From Candidatus Limnocylindrales bacterium (lineage in GTDB: Bacteria > Chloroflexota > Limnocylindria > Limnocylindrales > CSP1-4): a DNA stretch of 64,000 nucleotides. The stretch is taken from NCBI GenBank assembly GCA_050014975.1, contig JBEKCH010000002.1, positions 12,158-76,157 of the forward strand, written 5' to 3'. Made by a program: the position numbers and the translations under genes. The notes below the pieces were generated by a model. It had not been told where the DNA came from and did no database searches. It saw nothing but the letters and a program-made list of their open reading frames with translations. This document shows positions 1-9,053 of the stretch, in pieces; within the stretch, counting starts at the first letter, position 1; each line of letters opens with the position of its first letter.

Positions 1-469
1 CCGCCTGCTCTTCGGCATGGGTCGAGACGGCGTCATCCCGAGGCGGATCTTCGGCTACCTGCACCCCAAGACCGCGGCGCCCGTGATCAACGTCGGGATC
101 ATCGCCATCCTGGCGATCTTCGCCTGCACCCGCGACCTCAACACCATCCTGGCCATGATCAACTTCGGCGCGCTGTTCGCGTTCACGCTGGTGAACCTGG
201 CCGTCATCGGCCATTTCGTCATCCGCGGCGGCCGCCGCTCGCCCGGGGACCTGCTGCGCTACCTGGTCGCGCCCGGCATCGGCGCCTTCGTCATCCTGTG
301 GCTGTGGACCCAGCTTTCGAGCATCAACTGGCTCTTCGCCCTGCAGTGGCCGAGCGACCCGGCCCAGCTGATTCCGTTCATATGGCTGCTCATCGGCATC
401 GCCTATGTCGTGTGGACCAGCCGGTTCTTCCGCCTGCCACTCCCCGAGCTCAAGGAGACTCACCTCTAA
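1..469 (+). CDS. APC-superfamily amino acid/polyamine permease, C-terminal fragment (5' end lies outside the window)
   Basis: The reading frame is open to the window edge. The tail contains several hydrophobic helices ('INVGIIAILAIFAC', 'INFGALFAFTLVNLAVIGHF', 'GIGAFVILWLW') typical of the last TMs of APC permeases. Stop TAA is at 467-469. Confidence 0.65.
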   Translation, partial: RLLFGMGRDGVIPRRIFGYLHPKTAAPVINVGIIAILAIFACTRDLNTILAMINFGALFAFTLVNLAVIGHFVIRGGRRSPGDLLRYLVAPGIGAFVILWLWTQLSSINWLFALQWPSDPAQLIPFIWLLIGIAYVVWTSRFFRLPLPELKETHL

Positions 470-470
470 C

Positions 471-1697
471 ATGTCCGGCACCGACGAGGGCGGGCGGGCC
501 TCAGGGTCCGCCCGCAAGCCGGTCGCGCCGTATATGGCCGTCGGCCTTTCGACGATCGTCTACGGCGTGGCCGAGCGCAAGCACATCAAGGTCAACCTCG
601 ACATCATCGAAGACAACATCCATGCCGCCATGTCGATGGTCAACATCAACATGCCGGTCAAGCTCATCGCGCTCCCGGAAGGCGCCCTGACGGGCTTCAC
701 CGACGAGGCCTTCGACCTGCCGCACACGCTCGCCGCGCGCGAGCTGTTCATCGACATCCCCGGCCCCGAGACGGAGCGTCTCGCAGGCCTGGCGAAGATG
801 TACGAGACCTACATCGTCGTCCAGTGCAAGGCGCGCTGGCCGGAGGTGATGGACAACCGCTTCTTCAACACGCTGTTTATCATCTCGCCGGCCGGCGAGG
901 TGGTGCATCGCGCCGCGAAGAACCACATCTGGTGCCGCGAGCGCTCGTGCACGCCGCACGACGTCTACGACCGCTGGGTGGAGCTCTTCGGCGACGGCAT
1001 CGACTCGTTCTACCCGGTTCTCCGGACGGACGACATCGGCAACATCGGCACGATCTGCTGCAGCGACGGCGAATACCCGGAAGCCGTCCGGGCGCTTGCC
1101 TTCAACGGCGCCGAGGTTGTATACCGCCCCAGCGAGGCGATGCCGATGACCGGCAACTCGTACCCGGGCGGCGGCGGCTGGATGATCCAGAACCGCGGCC
1201 ACGCCCAGTTCAACAGCCTCTACATGGTCTGCCCGAACGTCGGCCCGGTGTACCTGCATCCCAAGATGCGCCATCCGGTCGATATCGCGGGCGGCAACTC
1301 GCACATCGTCGACTACTACGGCAACGTCATGTCGTACTCGGCTTCCGGGGCGAACACGATGGTCGCCGCCATCCTCGACATCGAGGCTCTTCGCCAGTTC
1401 CGGGCCATGAACCTGAACAGCAACTGGATGAAGGACCTGCGGACCGAGGTCTTCCGGCGCATGTACGAGCAGCCGATCCACCCCAAGAACCTGTGGCTCA
1501 ATCGCGATCCGCTGACGCACGAGGCGGTGGACGAGATCTACCGCGACAACATCCGGCGGCTCGTGAAGCGCGGCTCGTTCACACCCCCGGCAATCGAGTT
1601 CCAGGGCGCCTTCTACCAGGGCGAGGCCACGACGGAAGAAGCCTGGCAGGAAATCAAGCACTTCTGGGACGGCTGGGGCGAGGAAGAACCGAGCTAG
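471..1697 (+). CDS. carbon-nitrogen hydrolase (nitrilase/amidase superfamily) protein
   Basis: ATG 471 lies 1 nt after the permease stop. Glu-Lys-Cys triad contexts are visible ('ALPEGALTGF', 'HRAAKNHIW', 'ICCSDGEYPE'). The protein is longer at the C-terminus than the typical members I remember. Confidence 0.75.
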   Translation: MSGTDEGGRASGSARKPVAPYMAVGLSTIVYGVAERKHIKVNLDIIEDNIHAAMSMVNINMPVKLIALPEGALTGFTDEAFDLPHTLAARELFIDIPGPETERLAGLAKMYETYIVVQCKARWPEVMDNRFFNTLFIISPAGEVVHRAAKNHIWCRERSCTPHDVYDRWVELFGDGIDSFYPVLRTDDIGNIGTICCSDGEYPEAVRALAFNGAEVVYRPSEAMPMTGNSYPGGGGWMIQNRGHAQFNSLYMVCPNVGPVYLHPKMRHPVDIAGGNSHIVDYYGNVMSYSASGANTMVAAILDIEALRQFRAMNLNSNWMKDLRTEVFRRMYEQPIHPKNLWLNRDPLTHEAVDEIYRDNIRRLVKRGSFTPPAIEFQGAFYQGEATTEEAWQEIKHFWDGWGEEEPS

Positions 1698-1710
1698 CGA
1701 CCCATCGCTC

Positions 1711-3318
1711 TCACCTGGGAGGCGAGATGGGCGGCCGGCTCACAGCCAGGCCGCCCATCTCTTTGCGACGCGTCGCGTCCGACGAGCTACTTTCGCCGTT
1801 CGGGCCGTAGGTAGTCAGGCAGACCTCGACCAGGCATCTCTGGTCCAGCCGGACGTAGCCGGGTGGCAGGAGTGGGGGAGCGGCGCCCGGATCGGCGACG
1901 TAGAAGATCGTGCCTCCGGCCGCCGTGACGGCGGCGGGCACGGAGTGGATGACGGCATCGGGCGGGTAGGCGGCGGTGCCGAAGTACCAGGGTGGGTCGG
2001 ATGCGGCCAGGACGTGGAGGCGGGCGCGCACCGTGGGGCTGGCATCGGCCAGCAGCAGCAGGTAGTGGTTGGGGTCGGCGGCAACGAGATCGTGCGGGCC
2101 CACGCGCGACTCGATCTCGGGCAGGAGCGAGGCGGTTTCGGGGTGGGTGATGGCGGTGCCGAGGGCGAGCGAGGGGACGGCCACGGCGACCAGCAGCCCG
2201 CCGGCGAGACGGCGCGGCAGGGCGGCCAGGCCGGCTCCCCCCAGGGCGAAGAGCGGCAGCCACATGACGCCGGCGTAGCGCGCCTCCAGGATCGGGTGCC
2301 AGACGCTGACCGCGGCCAGCGCGACGACGCCGCTGCAGGCGAGCAGCAGGAAGCCGGCGGCGCGGCGACCGGACGGGGTGAGACGCCGCCAGCCCGCGGG
2401 CGCGAAGGCGACGGCGGCCAGCGCGACCGAGGCGGCGGCCACGGCGATCACCTGCAGTGCCACCAGGACGTCTCGGCCCGGCACCCCCGGATCGACCGGC
2501 GGGCCGGCGAAGAGCTGGCCGAAGGTGCCGGCGATCGTCTCGGGGCTCAGCGGCGGGATCCAGAAGCCCTGCCCGGCATGCTCGAGCTGGGCTTGTGCGA
2601 AGACCAGCCACGGGCTGAGGCTGGCGAACGCGAGCACGGTCGTCAGCCCGGCGAGAACGAGCGTCCGACGGGGCGGCCGAAGCCAGGCCAGGGCGGCCAG
2701 GACGCCCGCGAGGGCCACCGCGGCGAAGTAGTCGGTCCAGACCGCGGCGGCCGCGACCACGCCGTAGGCCGCCCACAGGGTGCCCCGCGGAGGTTGGGCA
2801 GCCGGAGGTTCGCTCCGCGGAGGTCCGACCGCCGACCGTTCGACCGCCCGCCAGAGGAGCAGCGTCGCGGCGACGACCAGCGTGCCGGCCGGCGCGTACA
2901 TCCGCGCGTTCTCCGAGGCCAGGACGGTCGTGGGCAGGATCGCCACCAGGGCCGCGGCCCAGAGGCCCGCGCCATCGCCGGCCACGCGACGGGCCAGCGC
3001 GGCACGCAGCGGGAGCAGGGCGATCCCCGCCAGGGCGGGCACGAGTCGCAGCGCGGCCGGGCCGTGCGAGAGCTGCGCGACCGGCCACTCCAGCACGTAG
3101 AAGAGCGGCGGCGCGCTGTCGCGACTCACGACCGCCAGCATCTCGCCCAGCGGCCGGATCACGACCGCTGCGGTGAAGTCCTCGTCGATGCCGAGGGGCT
3201 GCCGGGCCAGCAGCGCCAGCCGCAGCACCGCCCCGATGGCCGTGATCAGGCCCAGCGTCAGGCCGTAGCCGGGACGCCGAAGGCGGCCGAGGCCCACGCG
3301 ACGCCGGCGGACGCTCAC
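1711..3318 (-). CDS. GT-C fold membrane glycosyltransferase, GT39/ArnT-like (PMT_2-type)
   Basis: The protein is polytopic, with a first-loop acidic motif 'LGIDEDFT' after TM1 ('GLTLGLITAIGAVLRLALL'). The GTG start at 3318 overlaps the upstream stop (GTGA). The longer 927-aa ORF in the track is an R/G/P-rich spurious extension. Confidence 0.6.
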   Translation of the reverse strand: MSVRRRRVGLGRLRRPGYGLTLGLITAIGAVLRLALLARQPLGIDEDFTAAVVIRPLGEMLAVVSRDSAPPLFYVLEWPVAQLSHGPAALRLVPALAGIALLPLRAALARRVAGDGAGLWAAALVAILPTTVLASENARMYAPAGTLVVAATLLLWRAVERSAVGPPRSEPPAAQPPRGTLWAAYGVVAAAAVWTDYFAAVALAGVLAALAWLRPPRRTLVLAGLTTVLAFASLSPWLVFAQAQLEHAGQGFWIPPLSPETIAGTFGQLFAGPPVDPGVPGRDVLVALQVIAVAAASVALAAVAFAPAGWRRLTPSGRRAAGFLLLACSGVVALAAVSVWHPILEARYAGVMWLPLFALGGAGLAALPRRLAGGLLVAVAVPSLALGTAITHPETASLLPEIESRVGPHDLVAADPNHYLLLLADASPTVRARLHVLAASDPPWYFGTAAYPPDAVIHSVPAAVTAAGGTIFYVADPGAAPPLLPPGYVRLDQRCLVEVCLTTYGPNGESSSSDATRRKEMGGLAVSRPPISPPR

Positions 3319-4847
3319 GGCGTCGCCGCCCAGACGACCGGCTTGCCGGTGGGATCCCAGGCGACCGGCTGAGCCCGGGCGGCCGCCTGCGCGCCCAGGG
3401 TCGACGTCAGGTCCTCGAGGTCCAGCGCCAGGTAGATCGGATGCGCGGCCGGATCGGCCACCCTGGAGCCCGGCTCGTAGATCGTCACCGGCTCGGCAGC
3501 GTCCAGGAACTCGACGTCCATGGCCGAGTAGTCGTCCAGGATCGCCGCCGCTCCGGGATGAGCTGCCGCATACGAGGCCAGCGAGACGATCGGGTAGCTG
3601 TAGGCCGCATAGCGGTCGGCTACCGGCCTGGTGAAGTACGCCCAGCCGCTCCACACGGCGACCGCGGCCAGGGTCGCCGCTACCGTGGCCATCGCCAGCC
3701 AGCCGGCGGCGCGGTGCCAGCGTCGACGCGCCTGCTCCACGATCTCCAGGGCCCCGAGCCCGATCGCGACGCCGAGGGGCGCCGCCAGGCCGAGCGCCCG
3801 CAGGAAGTGGGGAGAGCCGCCGTCGGTCGCCACGAGCGGCGCGGCCAGAAAGACGGGCAGCGCCAGCAGGATCAGGGAGTGGCCGGGGTCGCGGCGCATC
3901 CGCCACAGCCGCACCAGGCCGGCGGCCGCGACGACGGTGAGCGGCAGCGGCAGCAGCGGCAAGCCCGCCACGTCGTGGCGCGCGTTCGGGTCGCCCGTCA
4001 GGCCGAACATCGCCACCGTCCGCAGTGTGTGGACGATCGGGTTCGTGTCCGCCTTCACGCCCGCGTTCAGCACGCTGGTCGCCAGCGCGCGGCCGAAGTA
4101 GTTCGCGGGGTCGGTGACCGCGACCGCCATCATCGGCGCCGCGACGACCAGGAAGGCGGCCGCGAATGGGACCCAGCCGGGGCGCAGGCGGTCGTAGGAG
4201 GGGCGGTCCACGCGCTTCAGCCACAGCAGCCACACAATCACGAGCAGCGGCAGCAGCTTGAGCGGCTGGTACGTGTAGAGGGCGGCGAGGGCCGTCACCG
4301 CCCCGGCCAGCGCCGCGGTCCCGCGGCCCGGCCGGGCGGCCCATCGCAAAATGGCGACCAGCGCCAGCGCCCCGAAGAATGGCACGATCGTGTTGCGCAT
4401 CCCGTCGCGGCTGACGCACACCAGCCACAGCGAGCCCGCCGCCCAGGCCGCCGCCACTACCCCCGTCCACGTTCCGAAGCGCCGGCCCAGCCACCCGATC
4501 GCCAGCACGCCCGCCACCCCGAACGCCGCCGCCGTGGCCCGCAGCGCCACCACACTGGCCCCGGCGAAGTTGAAGACGCCGGCCACGACGTAGGCGAAGA
4601 GCGCCTCGCGGCCGCCGTCGCTGGTGAACCAGACAAAGAAGTCGGCGTGGAAGCCGGGCTGGTGGAGCAGCCGCCAGGCGTCCAGCCCTTCGGCGGCCTC
4701 GTCGCCGTAGAGGCCGCCGGGATTGCTCGCCAGGTCGTAGAAGCGCAGGAAGATCGCCCCGGCGACGATGGCCGCCATGGCGACGATGGCCGCCGGCGCC
4801 CCGAACGCGAGCCAGCCCGATCGGGCCCGGAGAGGGGGCGCCCGCAC
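3315..4847 (-). CDS. GT-C fold membrane glycosyltransferase, GT39/ArnT-like (PMT_2-type)
   Basis: The protein is polytopic, with the motif 'GGLYGDEAAEGLDAW' after TM1. A GTG at 4847 ('VRAPPLRARSGWLAFGAP') sits just after the esterase stop at 4853. The start is inferred from where the hydrophobic, coding-like sequence begins. Confidence 0.6.
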   Translation of the reverse strand: MRAPPLRARSGWLAFGAPAAIVAMAAIVAGAIFLRFYDLASNPGGLYGDEAAEGLDAWRLLHQPGFHADFFVWFTSDGGREALFAYVVAGVFNFAGASVVALRATAAAFGVAGVLAIGWLGRRFGTWTGVVAAAWAAGSLWLVCVSRDGMRNTIVPFFGALALVAILRWAARPGRGTAALAGAVTALAALYTYQPLKLLPLLVIVWLLWLKRVDRPSYDRLRPGWVPFAAAFLVVAAPMMAVAVTDPANYFGRALATSVLNAGVKADTNPIVHTLRTVAMFGLTGDPNARHDVAGLPLLPLPLTVVAAAGLVRLWRMRRDPGHSLILLALPVFLAAPLVATDGGSPHFLRALGLAAPLGVAIGLGALEIVEQARRRWHRAAGWLAMATVAATLAAVAVWSGWAYFTRPVADRYAAYSYPIVSLASYAAAHPGAAAILDDYSAMDVEFLDAAEPVTIYEPGSRVADPAAHPIYLALDLEDLTSTLGAQAAARAQPVAWDPTGKPVVWAATP

Positions 4848-4852
4848 TCGCC

Positions 4853-5845
4853 TCAGCCCCGCGAGGCGGCCGCCAGGCGGCGCAGCTTGACCTCGTCGTG
4901 GATCGTCTCGCCGCCCTCGTGGCCGTTGAACGGGTAGACCTCGATTGACTTCGGCCCGGCGTAGTGGTTGTAGGCTGCGAAGACCGTCGAGGGCGGACAG
5001 GTCGTGTCCATCAGGGCCACGGAGAAGAGAGCGGGAGCCTTCGCCCGGGCGGCGAAGTTGACGCCGTCGAAGTAGGAGAGTGTCTCGAAGACTCGCTCGG
5101 CCCGGTCGCGGTGGATCTTCACGAAGCGGACGATCTCCTGGTACGGGTCGCCGTCGGTGATCTCGACGGCGCGGCGCCAGTGGCACATGAACGGCACGTC
5201 CGTAAGGGTCAGCATGAGATCCGGCACCAGGCCGGCGACCGCCAGCGCCAGCCCGCCGCCCTGGCTGGGGCCGTTCACGGCCAGGCGCGGCGGGTCGACC
5301 AGCGGCTGGGCCCGCGCCGCCTCGACGGCGCGCACGGCGTCGGTCATGAGCCGCCGGTAGTAGTACGTGGCCGGGTCGAGGATGCCGCGGCTGACGAAGC
5401 GCGGGTACTGGCCGGTCGCCGCGCCGGACTCGGGATCGGGCGTGTCGCCCGAGCGCCACGAGCTGCCCTGGCCGCGGACGTCCATCACGAGGTGGGCATA
5501 GCCCGCGCTCGCCGGCAGGAGCCAGTCGATCGGCCGGCCCCGGCCGCCGCCGTAGCCGATGAACTCGACGACGCACGGCAGCAGGCCCTCTTTGGCGAAG
5601 GGCGAGGACGCCGGGTCCGAGGGGGTCAGGAACCAGCCTTTGATCGGCTGACCGGCGAATCCGGCGAAGGTGACGTCCCAGACGTCGATGGCGATCAGGC
5701 CGGTTTCGACCGGCTCGAATCGAGGCGCCAGCGGGTGCTTTCCGGCGTCGGCCAGCGTGTCAGCCCAGAAGGCGTCGAAGTCGGCCGGTTCCTCGCGGGC
5801 GGGCTTGTAGACCCGCAACTCGGCCAGGGGCAGATCGAACAGCAT
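4853..5845 (-). CDS. acetylxylan esterase / cephalosporin-C deacetylase (carbohydrate esterase family 7)
   Basis: It resembles Bacillus Cah/AXE1 over the full length ('[15 protein letters not shown]', '[12 protein letters not shown]', nucleophile elbow '[11 protein letters not shown]', '[12 protein letters not shown]'). Confidence 0.85.
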   Translation of the reverse strand: MLFDLPLAELRVYKPAREEPADFDAFWADTLADAGKHPLAPRFEPVETGLIAIDVWDVTFAGFAGQPIKGWFLTPSDPASSPFAKEGLLPCVVEFIGYGGGRGRPIDWLLPASAGYAHLVMDVRGQGSSWRSGDTPDPESGAATGQYPRFVSRGILDPATYYYRRLMTDAVRAVEAARAQPLVDPPRLAVNGPSQGGGLALAVAGLVPDLMLTLTDVPFMCHWRRAVEITDGDPYQEIVRFVKIHRDRAERVFETLSYFDGVNFAARAKAPALFSVALMDTTCPPSTVFAAYNHYAGPKSIEVYPFNGHEGGETIHDEVKLRRLAAASRG

Positions 5846-5939
5846 GCATTCATCCTCCCGCTAGCTTCGGTTGCGCCGCCTTTGGCAGTTCGGTCGCCGT
5901 CGGTTCTGCCAGCCGCCGGTTGGACCGGTCTCCCGCAGG

Positions 5940-7526
5940 TTACTGGACGCGAGACTCGTGGCCTTTCCAGAACGGCTCGCGCAGCTCGGCCTTGAGGATC
6001 TTGCCCGTGCCGCCCTTGGGCAGCGCCTCGCGGATGTGGATGTCGCGCGGAACCTTGAAGCGGGCCAGCGTCTGCTTGCAGTGGTCGCGCAGCTCCTTCG
6101 TCGTCGTGGTCGCTCCCGGCTTGAGAACGACAAGCGCGACCGGGGCCTCGCCGAGCGCCTTGTCGGGCGCCGAGACGACCGCGCATTCGAGCACGGCCGG
6201 GTGGGCCAGAATCGCGTTCTCGACCTCGACCGAGGAGATGTTCTCGCCGCCCCGGATGATGATGTCCTTGGAGCGGTCCTTGATCAGGACGTAGCCCGCT
6301 TCGTCGATCACGGCCATGTCGCCGGTGTGCAGCCATCCGTCCACGATCGTGGCCTGAGTGGCCTCGGGATCCCGAAAGTAGCTGTCCATGACGACGTTCG
6401 AGCGGATGAGGATCTCGCCTATCTGCTCGCCGTCGGGGCGGACGTCGCGACCGTCCGTGTGCACGACCCGAAGCTGGACCCCGGGGATTGGCCAGCCGGT
6501 CATGGCCTGGCGCTCCTGGCGCTTCTCGGGCGGCTCGGACTCGGTCAGAAAGGTTCGAGGCTGGGCCACGGTGAGAATCGGCGAGGTCTCCGAGAGGCCG
6601 TAGCCGACGATCGTCTGGACGCCGAACGCCTCCTCCAGGCCGCGGATGAGAGTAGGCGAGGAGGGCGCGCCGCCGGCAATCAGCTGGCGCAGGCTCGAGA
6701 GGTCGTACTTGGGGCGATCCGGATGGTGCAGGACGGCGTTGAAGATGGCCGGCACCGCGAGGATGCGGGTCACCTTGTAGCGCTCGACGGCCTGCATCAG
6801 CGCCGCTGGCTCGAACTTGCGCAGCATCACGTGCTGCCCGCCGACCATCGTCAGGAAGTGGGGCGTGCCCCAGCCGTTGACGTGGAAGAGCGGGACCACG
6901 TGCAGCACCACGTCGTCCTGCGTGAACCCCAGGCCGATCTCGGCGTATAGCCCGTGGAGATACAGCTCCCGGTGGGTCATCGAGACGCCCTTTGGGAAGC
7001 CGGTCGTGCCGCTCGTGTAGAAGAGCTCGGCCATGCCGTTCTCGTCGATCTCGGGCGTGAGCGGATCGCGCGATCCGCCGGACAGGAGGGCCTCGTATTC
7101 GTCCTTGGCCACGCCATCGGGCGCGCCTTCCATGATCACGAAGCGAGGCTTCGCGGGCAGCTCGGCCGCCAGCGACTCGACCAGCGGCTTGAAGTCCTTG
7201 TGGAAGAAGAGGACCTTGGAGCCTGCGTGGCCGACGATGTAGGCGATCTCCTTGGGCGTCAGGCGGATGTTGATCGGGTTGAGGACCGCGCCGGCTTCGA
7301 GCACGCCGTAGTAGGCCTCGAGCAGCTGGTGGGTGTTGTAGGTCAGGAAGGAAACCCGATCGCCGGGCTTCACCCCGAGCTCCACCAGCACGTTCGCCAG
7401 CCGGTGGGTCCGCTCTCCGAACTGCCGGTAGGTGAAGCGCTTATCCCCGTCGACGACTCCGACCTTCTCGCCGAAGTAGGTTTCCGCGCGATCGCGGAAC
7501 TCCAGCACCGAGAGGGGAACGAACAC
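5940..7526 (-). CDS. AMP-dependent acyl-CoA synthetase/ligase (fatty-acid-CoA ligase family)
   Basis: AMP-binding motifs are present: 'YTSGTTGFPKGV', 'GWLHTGDMAV', 'IIRGGENIS'. The protein is 528 aa. Confidence 0.85.
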   Translation of the reverse strand: MFVPLSVLEFRDRAETYFGEKVGVVDGDKRFTYRQFGERTHRLANVLVELGVKPGDRVSFLTYNTHQLLEAYYGVLEAGAVLNPINIRLTPKEIAYIVGHAGSKVLFFHKDFKPLVESLAAELPAKPRFVIMEGAPDGVAKDEYEALLSGGSRDPLTPEIDENGMAELFYTSGTTGFPKGVSMTHRELYLHGLYAEIGLGFTQDDVVLHVVPLFHVNGWGTPHFLTMVGGQHVMLRKFEPAALMQAVERYKVTRILAVPAIFNAVLHHPDRPKYDLSSLRQLIAGGAPSSPTLIRGLEEAFGVQTIVGYGLSETSPILTVAQPRTFLTESEPPEKRQERQAMTGWPIPGVQLRVVHTDGRDVRPDGEQIGEILIRSNVVMDSYFRDPEATQATIVDGWLHTGDMAVIDEAGYVLIKDRSKDIIIRGGENISSVEVENAILAHPAVLECAVVSAPDKALGEAPVALVVLKPGATTTTKELRDHCKQTLARFKVPRDIHIREALPKGGTGKILKAELREPFWKGHESRVQ

Positions 7527-7701
7527 GGAAGACCTCCTCGCCAGTCAGGCGGCGGCGGGCGTCTCGTGCGGCGCCGGAAACGCCCCGTGACGCGGCACAA
7601 GATACCTGTCCGGGGCCATAGATGACAGGGCTCTGTGTGCGTTCGAATGCCGGGCCCGGCTCGACGGCGGTGGCGCGACTCCGGTCAGCGGGCGGCGCGA
7701 G

Positions 7702-8508
7702 TCAACGGGCGGGCGCGCCTGGCTGCGTGCGGGCTGCGACCGCGGCCACGATGAAGTCCACCCAGACTCCCTCCAGCTCATCCGGCGTGGATTCGGTTCG
7801 CTCCGGGTGGCACTGCAGGCCGAGGATCCAGCGACCGCCGCGGCTCTCCAGGCCCTCGACCAGCCGGCCGGCCTCGCTGTACGCCCAGCCACTGGGCCGC
7901 AGCCCGGGCGCCAGGCCCTCCAGGCTCACGGCCTGGTGGTGGAAGGAGTTGACCTGCAGCTGCAGGGCCGCATCATCGGGGTCTTCCGCGGCCAGGCCGT
8001 CGGGGGAGGCACCCGCCACCGCGCGACCGAGCCGGCTGTCCGGCTCGATCTCCAGGTCGTGGGTGTGGGCCGGCCCGGTGCCGTACGGCGTTCCGGCGTG
8101 GTCGGGCACGTCCGCCAGCAGCTTCCCGCCGGAGAAGACGTTGATCGCCTGGAAGCCGCGGCAGATGCCGAAGACCGGCAGCAAGCGGCGTTCGGCTTCG
8201 CGCCAGGCCGCCAGCTCCAGCTCGTCGCGCGGCCGATCGATCTCGGCGGCGCCGCTCGCCGGCTCGCCGTACAGGGCCGGGTCGATGTCGACCCCGCCGG
8301 AGAGCAGCAGCCCGTCCATCTCGGCCAGCAGGCGGTCGCGCTCCTGCGGGGGAGTGGCGACGTCGAGCAGCGCCGGGGTTCCGCCATGGCGAGCGATCTC
8401 GGTCGCGTACAGCTCGTTCTTGTGAGCCGCCAGGTCCGGGTCGTTCGTGCGGGCCGGGTCGGAGACGGTTATCACGATCAGCGGTGCGGATGAGGCGCGG
8501 TCCGGCAT
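7702..8508 (-). CDS. class I glutamine amidotransferase-like hydrolase (peptidase C26, gamma-glutamyl-GABA hydrolase PuuD-like)
   Basis: It has the catalytic Cys context 'GICRGFQAINV' and the His context 'LGLQCHPE'. Confidence 0.8.
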   Translation of the reverse strand: MPDRASSAPLIVITVSDPARTNDPDLAAHKNELYATEIARHGGTPALLDVATPPQERDRLLAEMDGLLLSGGVDIDPALYGEPASGAAEIDRPRDELELAAWREAERRLLPVFGICRGFQAINVFSGGKLLADVPDHAGTPYGTGPAHTHDLEIEPDSRLGRAVAGASPDGLAAEDPDDAALQLQVNSFHHQAVSLEGLAPGLRPSGWAYSEAGRLVEGLESRGGRWILGLQCHPERTESTPDELEGVWVDFIVAAVAARTQPGAPAR

Positions 8509-8628
8509 GCCAGGGAGGATACAGCGGCCGGGCGATCGGAAGGTCGGCCCGCGCCGCGCGTCTCGTCTGGCCCAATGCCGTGGCGGGCGGCGTGGCGGGC
8601 CACGGGCGGGCGGGGTGCCGGGCGGGAT

Positions 8629-8661
8629 GGCAGAGCCGCTTGGGGGGGAAGCGGCTCTGCC
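8629..8661 (-). terminator. intrinsic-terminator-like hairpin retained downstream of the MCP gene relic
   Basis: A perfect 13-bp stem (ggcagagccgctt / aagcggctctgcc) encloses a 7-nt homopolymer loop (C7 on the minus strand). It begins 7 nt after the relic's TGA. Confidence 0.5.
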
Positions 8662-8667
8662 ACGAGG

Positions 8668-8960
8668 TCACGCCGATCCCACGCGCCCGGTCTCGGCGGG
8701 AACCTGCCAGTCGCTGGCGCGTCGCCGTTGGACTACGTTCGTCGGCTTGCCCGTATCATCCGACCGCAGCCGGAATCGTGCCACGAGGTCGTCCAGTTGC
8801 CGCGCATCTCGGTCAGCGTAGCCGCGGAGGCAGCCACTTCCTCGGCCTGGGCGGACATCTGCTCGGTGGCGGCGGAGACTTCCTCGGCCGAGGCCGAGTT
8901 CTCCTCGCTGATAGCGGTGCTCGATTCGATCGACTTGCCAGCAACGTCGTCGAAGCGACC
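8668..8960 (-). pseudogene. relic of a methyl-accepting chemotaxis protein gene (extreme C-terminus only, frameshifted)
   Basis: Minus-strand translation gives 'GRFDDVAGKSIESSTAISEENSASAEEVSAATEQMSAQAEEVAASAATLTEM'. After a 1-nt frame change near 8805 it continues 'ARQLDDLVARFRL...' to a TGA at 8668-8670. This is the canonical end of an MCP signalling domain. No upstream HAMP, sensor or TM part is present, and no start codon. Confidence 0.6.
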
Positions 8961-9053
8961 AGCGGAGTTGGGGCGAGGGTCATACCTGGCGGCGGCTCAC
9001 TCGGGGCGCGGGTGTGCGAGTGCGCGAGGCGAGCCGTTTCGCCGCGATCCGGG

